Origin: Laetmonice hystrix
Taxonomy: Eukaryota
Length of the DNA stretch: 64,000 nt
Reading direction: 5' to 3'
Assembly (NCBI GenBank): GCA_965235115.1
Contig: OZ249453.1
Coordinates: 3,410,001 to 3,474,000 of the forward strand
Made by a program: the position numbers and the translations under genes. Positions 1 to 13,226 of the stretch are shown here, piece after piece (the first letter of the stretch is position 1; each line of letters starts with the position of its first letter). The notes under the pieces are model-generated. The model saw nothing but the letters and a program-made list of their open reading frames with translations. It was not told the origin of the DNA and did not search any database.

Positions 1-722
1 TCTGCTAAACCTCCAGGAGGTGGACGCAAACAGCTCACAGTCTGCTAAACCTCCAGGAGGTGGACGCAAACAGCTCACAGTCTGCTAAACCTCCAGGAGG
101 TGGACGGAAACAGCTCACAGTCTGCTAAACCTCCAGGAGGTGGACGGAAACAGCTCACAGTCTGCTAAACCTCCAGGAGGTGGACGGAAACAGCTCACAG
201 CCTGCTAAACCTCCAGGAGGTGGACGGAAACAGCTCACAGTCTGCTAAACCTCCAGGAGGTGGACGGAAACAGCTCAGAGTCTGCTAAACCTCCAGGAGG
301 TGGACGGAAACAGCTCACAGTCTGCTAAACCTCCAGGAGGTGGACGGAAACAGCTCAGAGTCTGCTAAACCTCCAGGAGGTGGACGGAAACAGCTCACAG
401 TCTGCTAAACCTCCAGGAGGTGGACGGAAACAGCTCAGTCTGCTAAACCTCCAGGAGGTGGACGGAAACAGCTCAGAGTCTGCTAAACCTCCAGGAGGTG
501 GACAGAAACAGCTCAGAGTCTGCTAAACCTCCAGGAGGTGGACGGAAACAGCTCAGAGTCTGCTAAACCTCCAGGAGGTGGACGGAAACAGCTCAGTCTG
601 CTAAACCTCCAGGAGGTGGACGGAAACAGCTCAGAGTCTGCTAAACCTCCAGGAGGTGGACGGAAACAGCTCAGAGTCTGCTAAACCTCCAGGAGGTGGA
701 CGGAAACAGCGCAGTCTGCTAA
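1..722. repeat. Minisatellite, 38-40 bp unit (TCTGCTAAACCTCCAGGAGGTGGACGGAAACAGCTCACAG), about 18 copies, runs off the window start
   Basis: Direct tandem periodicity. Confidence 0.97.
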
Positions 723-1890
723 TAACCAGTTTGAGGTGTCACGCTGGAGAGGGTGTGCGGAACTGAAGCGAGGAGAGAATGTCGGCACAAAGGCGGCGGA
801 GCTGGAGGAGGCGGGGCCGCCCTGTCTGCCCTCCCGGGCCGACATGGTTGACCTCCCCGATCCAATCGTTGGCTCTGACGTAAGGCAGGGTCAACAGGTT
901 CACGGCCCGGGGGACTCTTGACGTACACGGCGCCGCCCCCTCCAGAGTTAACTACAGGAGTACGGTGGGAATACTTTACTCATCCTCCAGGGCGAAGAAC
1001 GTGTGTGGATGCGTGTTTCTTTGTCCTCAGTATCCTCAGTGTAGATGTACTAACAGTAGATTTGACGGCCTCACAATTTATAGTCAGCGGAGAGAAAGGC
1101 CATAGGCTCATATTCCCGTATAGTTGGGCATTTGGAAAGGGGGGGAGAATTGGACATGTAGAAAGAAACGGGCTCCGTAGATGAATAAGTAGGTGTGTAT
1201 AACATAACCAGAACTGTGCACCGGATGTGTAAATCACCGTTAGTATTTATGTGTGGCAATTCTCCAGACCATATCTTGCATTTCACTCCCGGCAGGGGCA
1301 CTTGGCCGTGGCAGTAGTGCGCATGGCAGGGCCTCTCCGACCATCTGCAAGGGGCAATGTATCAGGGGGGCACGCCTGCAGGGCACACTTGGGGGTCCCG
1401 GGGCTCGAGTCGCTAATTTATAGGCGAGTTACAAACTGACACAAATTGAAAAGGCATGTCAGGGTGGCCGGGGGAGGTTGTGTGGTAAACATTGCACATA
1501 TCTTGTTGCAGATCTGAAATAAAGGCCGAGACAACGAGCCTTTTAACGATCTCTGCGTGTCAGATAGAGTGGATTGGGTCTCAAATATTCTAACATTGTG
1601 AGGGGGTCTAACGTCTGTCCCGACGCGCGAGTGTTAAAGAGACCAGCAGGGCTTTGGCTCTGAGAGTGTCGCTAAATGTAACCGCGGGTGTTGGTAAGGA
1701 TCATAATCTGTTCTGTGAGGCTGAGCACAGACGGCAAGAATTGGACTAAAAGTTAATCTGGATTATGTTTGATGATGCTAAAACATTTGATATATGATGA
1801 GCTAAAAACTGGCACTTTAGGACTGAAAAAACGACTGAAAAAACGGACTTGTATCAATAAGAAATGTAGTCAGTATTCAAAGTCCCTAAC

Positions 1891-2504
1891 TGTCAGTATT
1901 CACAGGGTACTAGAGACAGTGAGTCTCTGTCAGTCCTCACAGTGTACTAGAGACAGTGAGTCTCTGTCAGTCCTCACAGTGTACTAGAGACAGTGAGTCT
2001 CTGTCAGTCCTCACAGTGTACTAGAGACTGTGAGTTCAGTCCTCACAGTGTACTAGAGACAGTGAGTCTCTGTCAGTCCTCACAGTGTACTAGAGACAGT
2101 GAGTCTATGTCAGTCCTCACAGTGTACTAGAGACAGTGAGTCTCTGTCAGTCCTCACAGTGTACCAGAGACAGTGAGTCTCTGTCAGTCCTCACAGTGTA
2201 CTAGAGACAGTGAGTCTCTGTCAGTCCTCACAGTGTACTAGAGACAGTGAGTCTCTGTCAGTCCTCACAGTGTACTAGAGACAGTGAGTCTCTGTCAGTC
2301 CTCACAGTGTACTAGAGACAGTGAGTCTCTGTCAGTCCTCACAGTGTACTAGAGACAGTGAGTCTCTGTCAGTCCTCACAGTGTACCAGAGACTGTGAGT
2401 TCAGTCCTCACAGTGTACTAGAGACAGTGAGTCTCTGTCAGTCCTCACAGTGTACTAGAGACAGTGAGTCTCTGTCAGTCCTCACAGTGTACTAGAGACA
2501 GTGA
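1891..2504. repeat. Minisatellite, 37 bp unit (CAGTCCTCACAGTGTACTAGAGACAGTGAGTCTCTGT)
   Basis: Tandem periodicity; unit contains an AGAGAC/GTCTCT hairpin. Confidence 0.97.
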
Positions 2505-2711
2505 CTCCCTAACTAACATTGAAGGAGGGTTGAGACGTTCACTTAAAGTATCATGAATTGATAATGATTGAAAATGTATGGGTAGAACAAAAGGAGACAG
2601 AAAACAAGTCAGGGTATCTCGTTCATCATCTGCGCGGGAAATTGAGGGGAAATTCACAAAGATTGATTATCGGCGCTCTCATACTTCAGCCTTAAAACTT
2701 GTTACTATGGA

Positions 2712-3874
2712 TTGTGGTTGGGGAGATTGGGTAACTTGTTTCTATGGAAGGTTGTGGTTGGGGAGATTGGGTAACTTGTTTCTATGGAAGGTTGTGGTTG
2801 GGGAGATTGGATAATACGGAGCTAAGCCTTACAACTTGTTTCTATGGAAGGTTGTGGTTGGGGAGATTGGGTAACTTGTTTCTGTGGAAGGTTGTGGTTG
2901 GGGAGATTGGGTAACTTGTTTCTGTGGAAGGTTGTGGTTGGGGAGATTGGGTAACCTGTTTCTGTGGAAGGTTGCGGTTGGGGAGATTGGGTAACTTGTT
3001 TCTATGGAAGGTTGTGGTTGGGGAGATTGGGTAACTTGTTTCTGTGGAAGGTTGTGGTTGGGGAGATTGGGTAACTTGTTTCTGTGGAAGGTTGTGGTTG
3101 GGGAGATTGGGTAACTTGTTTCTGTGGAAGGTTGTGGTTGGGGAGATTGGGTAACCTGTTTCTGTGGAAGGTTGTGGTTGGGGAGATTGGGTAACTTGTT
3201 TCTGTGGAAGGTTGTGGTTGGGGAGATTGGGTAACTTGTTTCTGTGGAAGGTTGTGGTTGGGGAGATTGGGTAACTTGTTTCTGTGGAAGGTTGTGGTTG
3301 GGGAGATTGGGTAACTTGTTTCTGTGGAAGGTTGTGGTTGGGGAGATTGGGTAACTTGTTTCTGTGGAAGGTTGTGGTTGGGGAGATTGGGTAACTTGTT
3401 TCTGTGGAAGGTTGTGGTTGGGGAGATTGGGTAACTTGTTTCTGTGGAAGGTTGTGGTTGGGGAGATTGGGTAACTTGTTTCTATGGAAGGTTGTGGTTG
3501 GGGAGATTGGGTAACTTGTTTCTGTGGAAGGTTGTGGTTGGGGAGATTGGGTAACTTGTTTCTGTGGAAGGTTGTGGTTGGGGAGATTGGGTAACTTGTT
3601 TCTGTGGAAGGTTGTGGTTGGGGAGATTGGGTAACTTGTTTCTATGGAAGGTTGTGGTTGGGGAGATTGGGTAACTTGTTTCTGTGGAAGGTTGTGGTTG
3701 GGGAGATTGGGTAACTTGTTTCTGTGGAAGGTTGTGGTTGGGGAGATTGGGTAACTTGTTTCTGTGGAAGGTTGTGGTTGGGGAGATTGGGTAACTTGTT
3801 TCTGTGGAAGGTTGTGGTTGGGGAGATTGGGTAACTTGTTTCTATGGAAGGTTGTGGTTGGGGAGATTGGGTAA
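2712..3874. repeat. G-rich minisatellite, 40 bp unit (GGGAGATTGGGTAACTTGTTTCTGTGGAAGGTTGTGGTTG), about 29 copies
   Basis: Tandem periodicity; explains the 354-aa track ORF. Confidence 0.97.
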
Positions 3875-5177
3875 TACGGAGCTATGTCAAGGTTTAATAT
3901 GCTCACGTCTTGCGCAATAAGCCGAAGGTTTGTAAGGATGTGATGTAGTGTCTAGGCAGAACAGATTTATAGGTCAGTCAGTGGTCATTCGGTTAGAATA
4001 TATCGTATTCAAAGTGGTAATCATAAACAGATATTGTCCTGGAGGGATGGTAGGAGGGGTCAAAGGGCAAGATAGGATGTATATCTGATATATATAAGCT
4101 TGTTTACACCTGCGGCAGGTGCGTGTCCTTATCGCAGCGCAGATATACTCCATTAATTTCTTACACATAAAAAGGTTACTTGAGAGAGGATGGATTGTGT
4201 AAACCAAGAGGGTAGTTTTCTGGGTGACTTTCTCCTCAAGGATATGAAAAAATAAGGAGTTTTTATTAACACATGTGTATATGACGTGTGCGCCTCATTG
4301 AACACGAGGACAGAAGTACGTCGGTGTCCCGGGGGGCGAGCTTACATGGTCTCTTTGTCTCGTTTTGATTCCTTGATTGTTGGAGCTTTAAAAATTATAT
4401 TTTTGATATAATAAACGTAAACGTCTCGTTCCGTCGTTAGTTCTTAGCAGTATTTGGGAAAAGTTTTAATTACAGACACGTAGGGACCAATATCATCATG
4501 TTGTAAGCCATAGTAGAGACGGGGTTCCATTAAATCCTTCAATTCAAGGGGACCAAAGATGCAGTCAGCAGTGGCGAGGCTTTGTGAACCTTGTAACATG
4601 AAATACAGCTGTCCCCACCTCGACGTGAATAAAAATGTCGACAGCTGACCCCGATCCTTTTGACCTTGGCGAGCGGATCTGCTCCAGTGGCGGTATTATC
4701 AAGAGATTTATAGTGATTGTCTGTAAAATTTTAATAGATTGTCAAACTGATATGTTTTTACGCCCACTGAGGGTGATTTCGGTGATAGGGGATAGGGTAG
4801 GGAAGACGTGCAGGCTGTGCATGGCTGGCAGAGAATAAATCAATATACAACACTCAACAGTCAGACATGGCATTGGCAACAATAACAGAAGGCTAGGGTT
4901 GGAGAGACCTCGACTCGCACGGTGGAGGCAACGGGAGACAACCAGGCTCGTTCCATGTGGCATGTCTCCTGACAAGTGTCTAAGACAGCCAGTTTATTGT
5001 TTCTTGTCTGATGTTCAAAAGACCCTCACACGGAGACGACAAAGGGGGAAGTCGACTCCCTTGCAGGCATATCGTGTAGATTAGAGAGAACTATGCGCCT
5101 TGTGTTTTGCCATAATAAAAACGTTGATATTGTTTTTTCTGCCCGACTGATGATGTGTCTTTTTGTTGTGTGTTCAG

Positions 5178-5313
5178 GGCGACTTGGTGGAGTTCTACTA
5201 TTACTGGAAGAAGACGCCGTCGGCTGCTAACACCCGGCCCCACCGGCGACATCGCCGGCAGAACGTCTTCAGGCGGCAGCCCCGCACCCCACGACCGCCC
5301 TCCAGCGAGTATT
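5178..5313 (+). CDS. RERE: Atrophin/RERE exon, end of SANT domain ([33 protein letters not shown]...RPPSSEY); upstream exons are outside the window
   Basis: ttcag acceptor and gtaagt donor; closely matches [18 protein letters not shown]...HRRHRRQAVFRR...RPPSSEF; phase 0 to 1. Confidence 0.95.
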
Positions 5314-6111
5314 GTAAGTGTACAACTCTATCACAGGCCGGGGTAGCTTAACACTGTACCTCGGATACAGGGATACAGTGTTATCGCACCCTCCCCCCTT
5401 GTTTTATGAAGAATGCCCGCCAAATATCGCCCAAGGAAGTGTCCACGAGGAAGTCCCCTTCACCCCTCGTCTTCTTGGGGAAAATAAGATACTTTCTCTC
5501 TGAATCTGGGCGAATAAAACCTGGAAATACATACATGTAGTGTTGTTCAGGAAACTCAGCATAATTATTACAAATGTATTATGTCGAGTGTGAAAATTTC
5601 CAGTAAGGGAATTAGTATTTTGATTGAGAATAATCCGATGGGTACACGGGATTGGTGAGGTCGTCGATGGTTGTTTGTATGTGGCACACAGTCGGACAGT
5701 TCTTGATCAAACGGCAGGTTCGCATCCCCAAGAAACATTGAGTGTAGTTTGAGATTAAGATGGGATCAGAGGAAGAGGAATAGGTTTGACATTCAATATT
5801 ATACTCCAGACATAACAATGGATTTATATTCTCAATGAAATGTAATACTTCATCACAGAGTAAGGACTTGAAGGATACCGCTGTGTTTTGTTTATAGAAT
5901 TTACCTTTAGATCTTTGCATCAAAGAACTAGCAATCAGTGCAGAAGGATTCTGTGGCTACCAATCTTAAACATGTCGCAGGCATCATGCACCTGTATCTA
6001 GGTGCATTATGCCTGCATACCTAAGGCACCGATCTGGTAGAACCGTCAGATAAGGCACATGGTTGCTTGGCTGCGGAAGGCGACAGGAGTTCAATCTCAG
6101 GGCCTCTTTAA

Positions 6112-6452
6112 AGGTGCTATTCGTGAACAAAAAGTTCAATTTTTTAATTTTTAATTTTGTTGACGTTTATGTGATCCCACCTATCATGGAAATAGATTCA
6201 CAAGAAAGGAAATCAAAATTTTTCATGGATAACGGCACAAATGGGGCTCTCTCAGAAGGCCTGTGGAGACCCTGACACGCCCCACCATAGGAAATGGCTC
6301 TATCTTGGTTCGCACCGAGATAGGTTTCAAATGCTGCACACAAACTAATAGAAGGTTTATCAGGCCAATGGTATTGGTACGAATTTTTTCTAGTACTATG
6401 TGCACAATGTATGATAGGAGAAATGCCATTCTGTGCGAGACGAATAGCACCT
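6112..6452. mobile_element. Kolobok-like MITE, 341 bp
   Basis: 13-bp TIR AGGTGCTATTCGT...ACGAATAGCACCT; TTAA on both sides (6108-6111 and 6453-6456). Confidence 0.75.
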
Positions 6453-9053
6453 TTAAGTTTGACGCTGTCTGAATGCCATGTGTTAAAGTGGTCGTTTGGT
6501 GGCTTCAGTCGAACGTGGGTGGCCTGACAGGTATTGAAGTGTGCTATGGTGAGTTACACATGAGGAAGCGTAGATTATACACCAGGCGATTCGCTTTGAG
6601 TGCCAATTCATCCGTTGTCAGGTCGCTTCAATGCTTTAGTAAAACTCTACGATAGAGGTGTTCGCAGCTTCAGTGGCAGTTGGCAAAGTCGGCCTTTGTC
6701 TCGCCTTCTTACGGGTTGGCACACCTCGGCAGGTTCCTTGCTCATAGGTGGTGGAAGTGTTTGCGAGGTGAAGCCTTTTGTTGGTCGGTATTGTCTCCAC
6801 AACATGGCCACGTCCAACTCGGGCTAGCTATCAGCAGTAGAAATCATTGGGAGACAGGAGGTTATGTTGAGGCGGCGAGGCGCTACGGAAAGCCGACAAG
6901 GGATGGTTGGTTGGTTTCCATTTGGAAGTAGGTCCGCGAAGGTTGGTCTGAACAGGTCTGAAGCAGAGTTGTGAGACGACTATATGGTTATTAAAGGTTC
7001 GGTCGGGGGACGAGCTGTGATTGCCGGCTGGGACCACGCCGGGGAGCGGACTCAACAACGACATCGTGGATTGGGATCGCAAGGAGCAAATTGACTGTCT
7101 CCGCACCGCATTGCGGGGGGGTGGCAGGGATTGGCGACCGGGCAGTACTTTGATCAAGATGAGAGTAAAAATATCGGTATGTGGTAGCATCGCTGCCGGC
7201 TTGAGCAGATTAACGACTGAAGCTAACGAGGAGATCACCAGCTTTGCTGCCAACAGCCATCCGCGGGTAATTTGCCAGAATGGGAAGAAGCCCGATTCTC
7301 TTGCCCTCAGAAAAAGCCTGCTTGCCTCTTCATGGCAATTAGTTGGTCGGGGGTTTTTAGCACACCCCTTGCAGTAACCCATTGTTAATTGCTGTTGGAT
7401 CATTGAGTTATTGTGAGAAACGATTCATCACAACAGCTCAGTGTCTTTAAGATGTGTTGGCAGTGCTGAGCTCGGGTCGAGGACCAATCGGAGAGGACTT
7501 GTCGCTAAAACCAGCCAGGCGGGAGTCTTGGCTTTGACTGCCATTTCTCTGCCTGAAGACTGTTGACAAGGGGGACTACCGTCTCAAGTAGACTTGGGAG
7601 GTGTTGAAGGGGATTTGGAGGAGTATTCCAAGGCTGTCTTCTGGCAGATTGCATTCCAACAAACCTTGTGTACTGACTGTCTGTCACACCGGGTGCTCGT
7701 GGACACGGGAATGGACACATGGGCGTGTTCATTAGGACTTGATTTGGACGTGGCGAGAAAACGTCCACAATCGCCGCCATTCAGTGTGGCTTTGATTTAT
7801 TAGAGCTTTGTGTACCGGTGGCAGAGTCCCCGAGTCAAACGGATTTAAATGGGGAATGATTTTGTTGAGGATTGTAGAATAGGGATGAGATGGTGTGGGT
7901 TGGGGTCTGTTGAGAGCTAACGCCTGTTTAATGGGTCGGTTGAAGACTAGGGTCACGTTAACAGGGGTGTTTGAATGCACCCCAGGAGCTATGTGGAAAT
8001 AAACCTCATTTCATATAGCACACCTGCCTAGGGGTGTTGTTCCCCAGGTGGACATTTGCCCCCTTGTATGGCAGGGGTGGGGACCCTACCCCTGACCCTG
8101 CACAATGCCGCGTTGTGCCCTTTCACAGACCCGTGGGCAAAGGAACGCCCCCCTGCCCCGCCCTACTCCCACTAATGTCACACCTGGGTAGGGCGCCGAC
8201 AAGGGCTGGGGTTCAGGGGGCATCTGCCCTGTAACCCCATTCCCCTGTACCCCGCGGGGCCGGTGATAGGGGGAATAGTTGGCGGTGGACTCCCCAACAG
8301 AGTTTGGGAGTGGTGGAAATCAAGTTTCCAGAGTGTCATGTAGGACAACATCACGGAGGGGTCTAACCGACCTCCAGTTTTTCTGATCCAGTTCTTGGCT
8401 CCATGTGTTTTGACTGGCGTTGTGAAGAAGTCAAAGATCTGATCTGATATACGACGGTTGATAATGGTCATCAAGTCAACCCTGACACCCAACAGTCAGC
8501 ATAGGTCAGCGCTCCCACCAATCTGATAACAGACCTGCCTGTCTAACTGCCCGCTATAATAGACTGGTCCCTGTGGACTGCAGGCAGATAACCTGACCAC
8601 TCACAACTGGTGGGTTACTTAAAGAGCTACTCTGGACCACTTATTGACCGGGTTACATACCAAGTCGCTGTCCAAGAGGACAGGAAGTGGCCACTTGATA
8701 GTGGAAGGCGACGTCGGCTGCACAACGTGGCTGCACACAGATTGACCACTCGCACTGGCCGCTCAGCCAATCAGAAAGGGGTATCTGTGTCACGTGATCA
8801 TGTTTCCATCGCTGCATCAGTTATGCTAGAAATTATAGCAAGATAATATTATATGATGCACTTCAGTAATGTATTAAAGTGGCGCTATATGAATTCATAC
8901 GAAGTTGCAGCAAGAGACCAACACGCAACTGAAGGTTTTAGTTCAGGTCAGGGCCCAGGTCTCCCCCCCTCCCCCCAAAAAAAATAAACTTCTAGCTTAC
9001 GGAACATGAGTATTGAAAAACCAGGCGCTGAGCTGTAACCAAAATGGGGACCA

Positions 9054-9213
9054 AGGCCCAGTTTTAAAAAAAATCTCAGCTTGAGTAAAGTTTACTTAAG
9101 TAAACTAACACTGGCTTCTGATTGGTTGGCCGAAGCCAGCCAGCCAATCAGAAGCCTGTTAGTTTACTTAAGTAAACCTTACTTAAGTTGAAAATTTTAG
9201 AAAAACTGGGCCT
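9054..9213. mobile_element. Palindromic MITE-like element, 160 bp
   Basis: Near-perfect inverted repeat over its whole length (AGGCCCAGTTTT...AAAACTGGGCCT); TSD not clear. Confidence 0.7.
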
Positions 9214-9710
9214 AGGTCTGTATCCGGCGGGTGTCCGGGTAGAGGGCAGACCTTTGTGATACGGAGGTAGGGTAGGTACTCAGAGAGCCACGGCGACCCG
9301 TTGTGAGGGGGTCAGACAGTAGCCTGTCATGACAACCCCACCTCCCCACGGGCCCCTGCCCTGTTCTCTGCCCACCCACCCGGGGGTAGATCCCACAACC
9401 CCTGACCACCTGAATGGTAGGTAAAGGTGAACTCATTGTATCCCTCAGTGACTCACACACCTGTCCAGGTGTGTGCACTCTCTTTGACAAACCCCACCGC
9501 CAGGGGGCTTGAGAAAGGCTAGGAATGACTGGCATGTTAAAGGGTGGGACCCACTCCCTGTTACCATGACAACACAAGGTAGGGTGACAACCCACAGCGA
9601 CATATCCTTGACCCCTCACCCCGTTTACCCTACCCGGGTCTGATAACCTCGCCGTATCGGGTCAGAGATCAAGTCCGCCGGCCAGTGGGGCTGTGGAAAG
9701 GTTAGAGTTC

Positions 9711-9783
9711 AGGTCATAGGTCAGCAGCGGGCCAGGATGTAACATCTTGGTTTATTGTATTAGGCAGTTTTGACCTTTGACCT
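9711..9783. promoter_or_regulatory. Two perfect DR1 nuclear-receptor elements in opposite orientation
   Basis: AGGTCA-T-AGGTCA 9711-9723 and TGACCT-T-TGACCT 9771-9783. Confidence 0.5.
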
Positions 9784-10574
9784 GTAAATGTTGTGAATAC
9801 ACCGGGAGGTTGCCGATATATCTAAGGGTTGAGTGGTTGAGGGGCACTGAGATGGGGGAGGGGGTTTGGAATTTGCTTTAATGGTGAAAGTTAGAAAGTC
9901 GGATTACATTTAGGGGCTCGTTGATTGGGGGGGGGGGGGGGGGTTGAGGTCGGTGCTCTACTGTAATGATGGAGTATTACAACAGTAAATTTGTCACACT
10001 TGACAGCCGGGACAAAATATCGACATAAATTGTTCACCAAAATGTTCGTTTTCAACAAAGACGAATGTTTGGTTTATGAGCCACGGACAACAGAGAGTGT
10101 TGTTTAGGGGTGACAGTGAATCCAAGGCGAACTGAAATAATTTTTTTCTGCCATGATAAAAGGAAAAGTAATGACGAACGGATTCTGTGACAATTCTCAG
10201 TAGGTTATCAGGTTTGGAGGCGTGTTTTCACGACTGACTTCATCAAGAATTGAATTGTATAAATTAAACATAGAATTCAATGCCCATGCCTGTCTTAAAA
10301 GAGAATTTAATGCTATTATTTTTGGTCAGAAACCTTTTCTTGTCTCGGTTTACCAGTCAGTTTTGTGTGCAATCAATCAATTCTTTTTATGACGTCAGTT
10401 CCTTTTTATGACGTCACTAGTGAAATACACGATCGGCCCAATGGTACAACCCAACAAGTCATATTGTTGTATAGTATAATAAACCCCTCAGGTGTTTCCG
10501 CCTGACCTGACCTGTATGCCCACCTTGTTACCTGTACCCCCAGCGTTTAAGTGACCTGATTGTTGTTGTTTTAG

Positions 10575-10673
10575 ATGACCTAAGTTCAGCCAGTGAGGTT
10601 TCCGACAATGACACCGACGATAGCGATTCGCGGGACCTGAGGGCCTACGCCTGTCGTCACTGTTACACAACAA
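10575..10673 (+). CDS. RERE: RERE exon (YDLSSASEVSDNDTDDSDSRDLRAYACRHCYTT), first half of GATA-type zinc finger; not in the ORF track
   Basis: ttttag / gtgagt; 99 nt, phase 1 to 1; matches RERE LDLSSASE...GYACRHCFTT. Confidence 0.95.
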
Positions 10674-12983
10674 GTGAGTACATACACCTACGATCTGTGG
10701 GAATAGGGGTAGAAGAGGTAATTACTTGTGGGGTTATCACCTAAAAATCCTTTTCAGCCTCCTTCAAAGTCGAACTTCATTTAGTATCATTTCCAGGATC
10801 TGAAATCTGGAAATATACCTGGTGATTTAACAGTGATAATGGTAAAGTTGCCTATTTTGTTCACAATTTATTGAATTATTCTGAAAGCCATGTGCTCACA
10901 CACTGTAGGTGACTGACTGAAACTGAACTTTTTGTGTTATATGTGGTATTATGCAGCGGTAAATGGTCACAGAGAGCGGCATTTGTACTGCCTCTATACT
11001 GCTGTAGTACGACACAGTGTAACAATCCCCAGCGTGACTGCGTGGACCACCTGGTGGCGATATTTTGTACTAAAGTCTATTTACCGGATTGGCTGCATGG
11101 CCAGAAGCTGTCGACATGCGCCACTTGGTGCGATCGTTTTTGTCGACATATTGTCCGAAACGCGCTCAAGATTTGCTTTCATTGTAATTTTTCTGCCAGT
11201 TAGGCATTTAAATTATGCGGTGCTTGATGAGTTCGGCATTGTGAGTTATCACGCGACAATCAAGTTGACATTTGAAGTGTTATTCTAGACTGCTAACAGA
11301 TGGCGCTGTGTGTTCAATCGAACACCCAAGATCAATGTCGTACCAAGTTGAGGCCAATTTTCAAGTGTATTATGTCGTTATGATCAGATTCCCTGTATTC
11401 AACTCACACAGCGCCAGTATCAATATTTGTGTATTGAAATTGATTTCCCAACCGTGAGTATTATATCGGAGTTCTCTAGTGTGTATTTTTTCCTGTTCGT
11501 TCAATGCTTATTACCCCACCCCCTTTTTTCTCTCTCTTGTTCCCCTACGATTCCACATTGTCTGAAATGTATGGCAGTGGACAGCCATGATAAATATCAT
11601 AGACATGGCAGGCGTAGATTGTTGTGGGCGAAGGATTTGTCCCTAGAGTGTACTCTATCACGTTAGCTGCATACAGAACACTGTAATAGATGAAAGTTAG
11701 CAGGGAAGGAAGCGACCCTGGTGGCCATTAGAGGAACTGTTCCAGCAACCTTTGAATAATAACGACGCTATAAACAGATGGATTGCGAGAGGGTAGGGTC
11801 ATGTGTGGGGTAGATCGGTCAATAGGAGTTGAGGGTGGGGTAGGGGGGTAAATCTACCGGAGGGGGCGGGGCGTCCCTCCCTGCTCGTAATCATGTTTTA
11901 CTGAGGGTAGGGTTGGGGTGTGTGGTCAAGGGGATGACCAGTGGTCAGCCCCCTTGGGGACCCTAGGTGCCTTCCCGGCGGGGTTGTCCGAGCCCAGGCT
12001 GCCATCTGCTCAAACTGACCTCACCACTGACCGCTCGCCCTCGTTATATACACCGTCCTCGTTACACAGCCCTTGAGGTCTGCCCCCGCCGCCAAACACA
12101 ATTAGATTTGTAAAACAAGGCGCTAATTGTGTTAAGAAGATTTTATGATTATTGTCATTAGTGGCGGGGGGGGGGGGGGGGCGACAGACGGCCACGAACA
12201 GGGTTGGCACGGCAACTTGATAGGGTATCTGATCGGGTTTCAGGTTTAAAAAGTGACGTGCGATATTGGGGAAGATTAGAAACCCCTCTTTACCCGTTTT
12301 GTGGGTGATGATGAGTAGAGTAGAAGGGAAAGCTGGAATTTGTTCGGGTGAGACTGATAGAGTTTGCACGGTAGTCTTGGCTGAGCTACCTGGTAATCTC
12401 CTAAGGTTTTAAGCCGGATTAACTTTGAGTTAGACACGGGATTAATTTGACAAGTAGCAGGTCATGCAAGTCAAGCTGTTTCTGAGAATGAGACGACGGG
12501 CCACACGAATCGCCTAGTTCGTACTGAGGGCCCAGCTGTCACAGAGATGGTATATTGGTGGCAGTATTAACACCAACATTGTCGGGAATAAGGGAGAATC
12601 TAGCTCGACTTCAGGCCCTAAACGTAAACCTCAAGGACCGTGTCCACATAGGCGATTGTCCTTGCGACTTCCATACGATTTTGACATCACCCTTTTATCT
12701 TACTGTGATTTTGAGATTTTAAGGATGGAGGTCATTTCCAGAAACTGGGAAGGCCAGCCAGGTAAAATTACATTATTATTTACGGGAAAACTCCGCCATT
12801 AAATATAAAACCCAAATGTCGGGCCGATGTCATTGTAGGGGAAGGTATTCCATGGATAGATTCAATACTGGACGCGTCATTTCATTTCAATGTCAATTCA
12901 TGTAGCTGTATACAGGAAAACCTGTTGAAGGTATATTAATATATCATCTTTAGTTAGGAGTCCATCAGGGGATTTGTCATTGG

Positions 12984-13226
12984 AAACGTGTTTACAATAA
13001 CGAGGATGGCAGGTACGGGGTTAGGAACACACAGGACATTTACAAACGTGTTTACAGTAACGAGGATGGCAGGTACGGGGTTACAAACACACAGGACATT
13101 CACAAACGTGTTTACAATAACGAGGATGGCAGGTACGGGGTTACGAACACACAGGACATTCACAAACGTGTTTACAATAACGAGGATGGCAGGTACGGGG
13201 TTACGAACACACAGGACATTCACAAA
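12984..13226. repeat. 60 bp tandem repeat, 4 copies
   Basis: AAACGTGTTTACAATAACGAGGATGGCAGGTACGGGG... repeated. Confidence 0.95.

Noticed and set aside
1-722. CRISPR-like regular repeats (here and in the other arrays)
   Set aside because: No unique spacers, no cas genes, eukaryotic context.
2842-3906. 354-aa ORF with 40-aa repeats
   Set aside because: Translation of the 40-bp minisatellite, which happens to be stop-free; no coding evidence.
6500-7800. Several ORFs of 80-190 aa in the first RERE intron
   Set aside because: No recognisable RT, transposase or other motif in the frames I translated.
10190-10250. Hammerhead-ribozyme-like TTGATGAAGTCAGTCGTGAAAAC on -
   Set aside because: The core is UUGAUGA not CUGAUGA and stem II does not pair; at most a degenerate Penelope-like tail.
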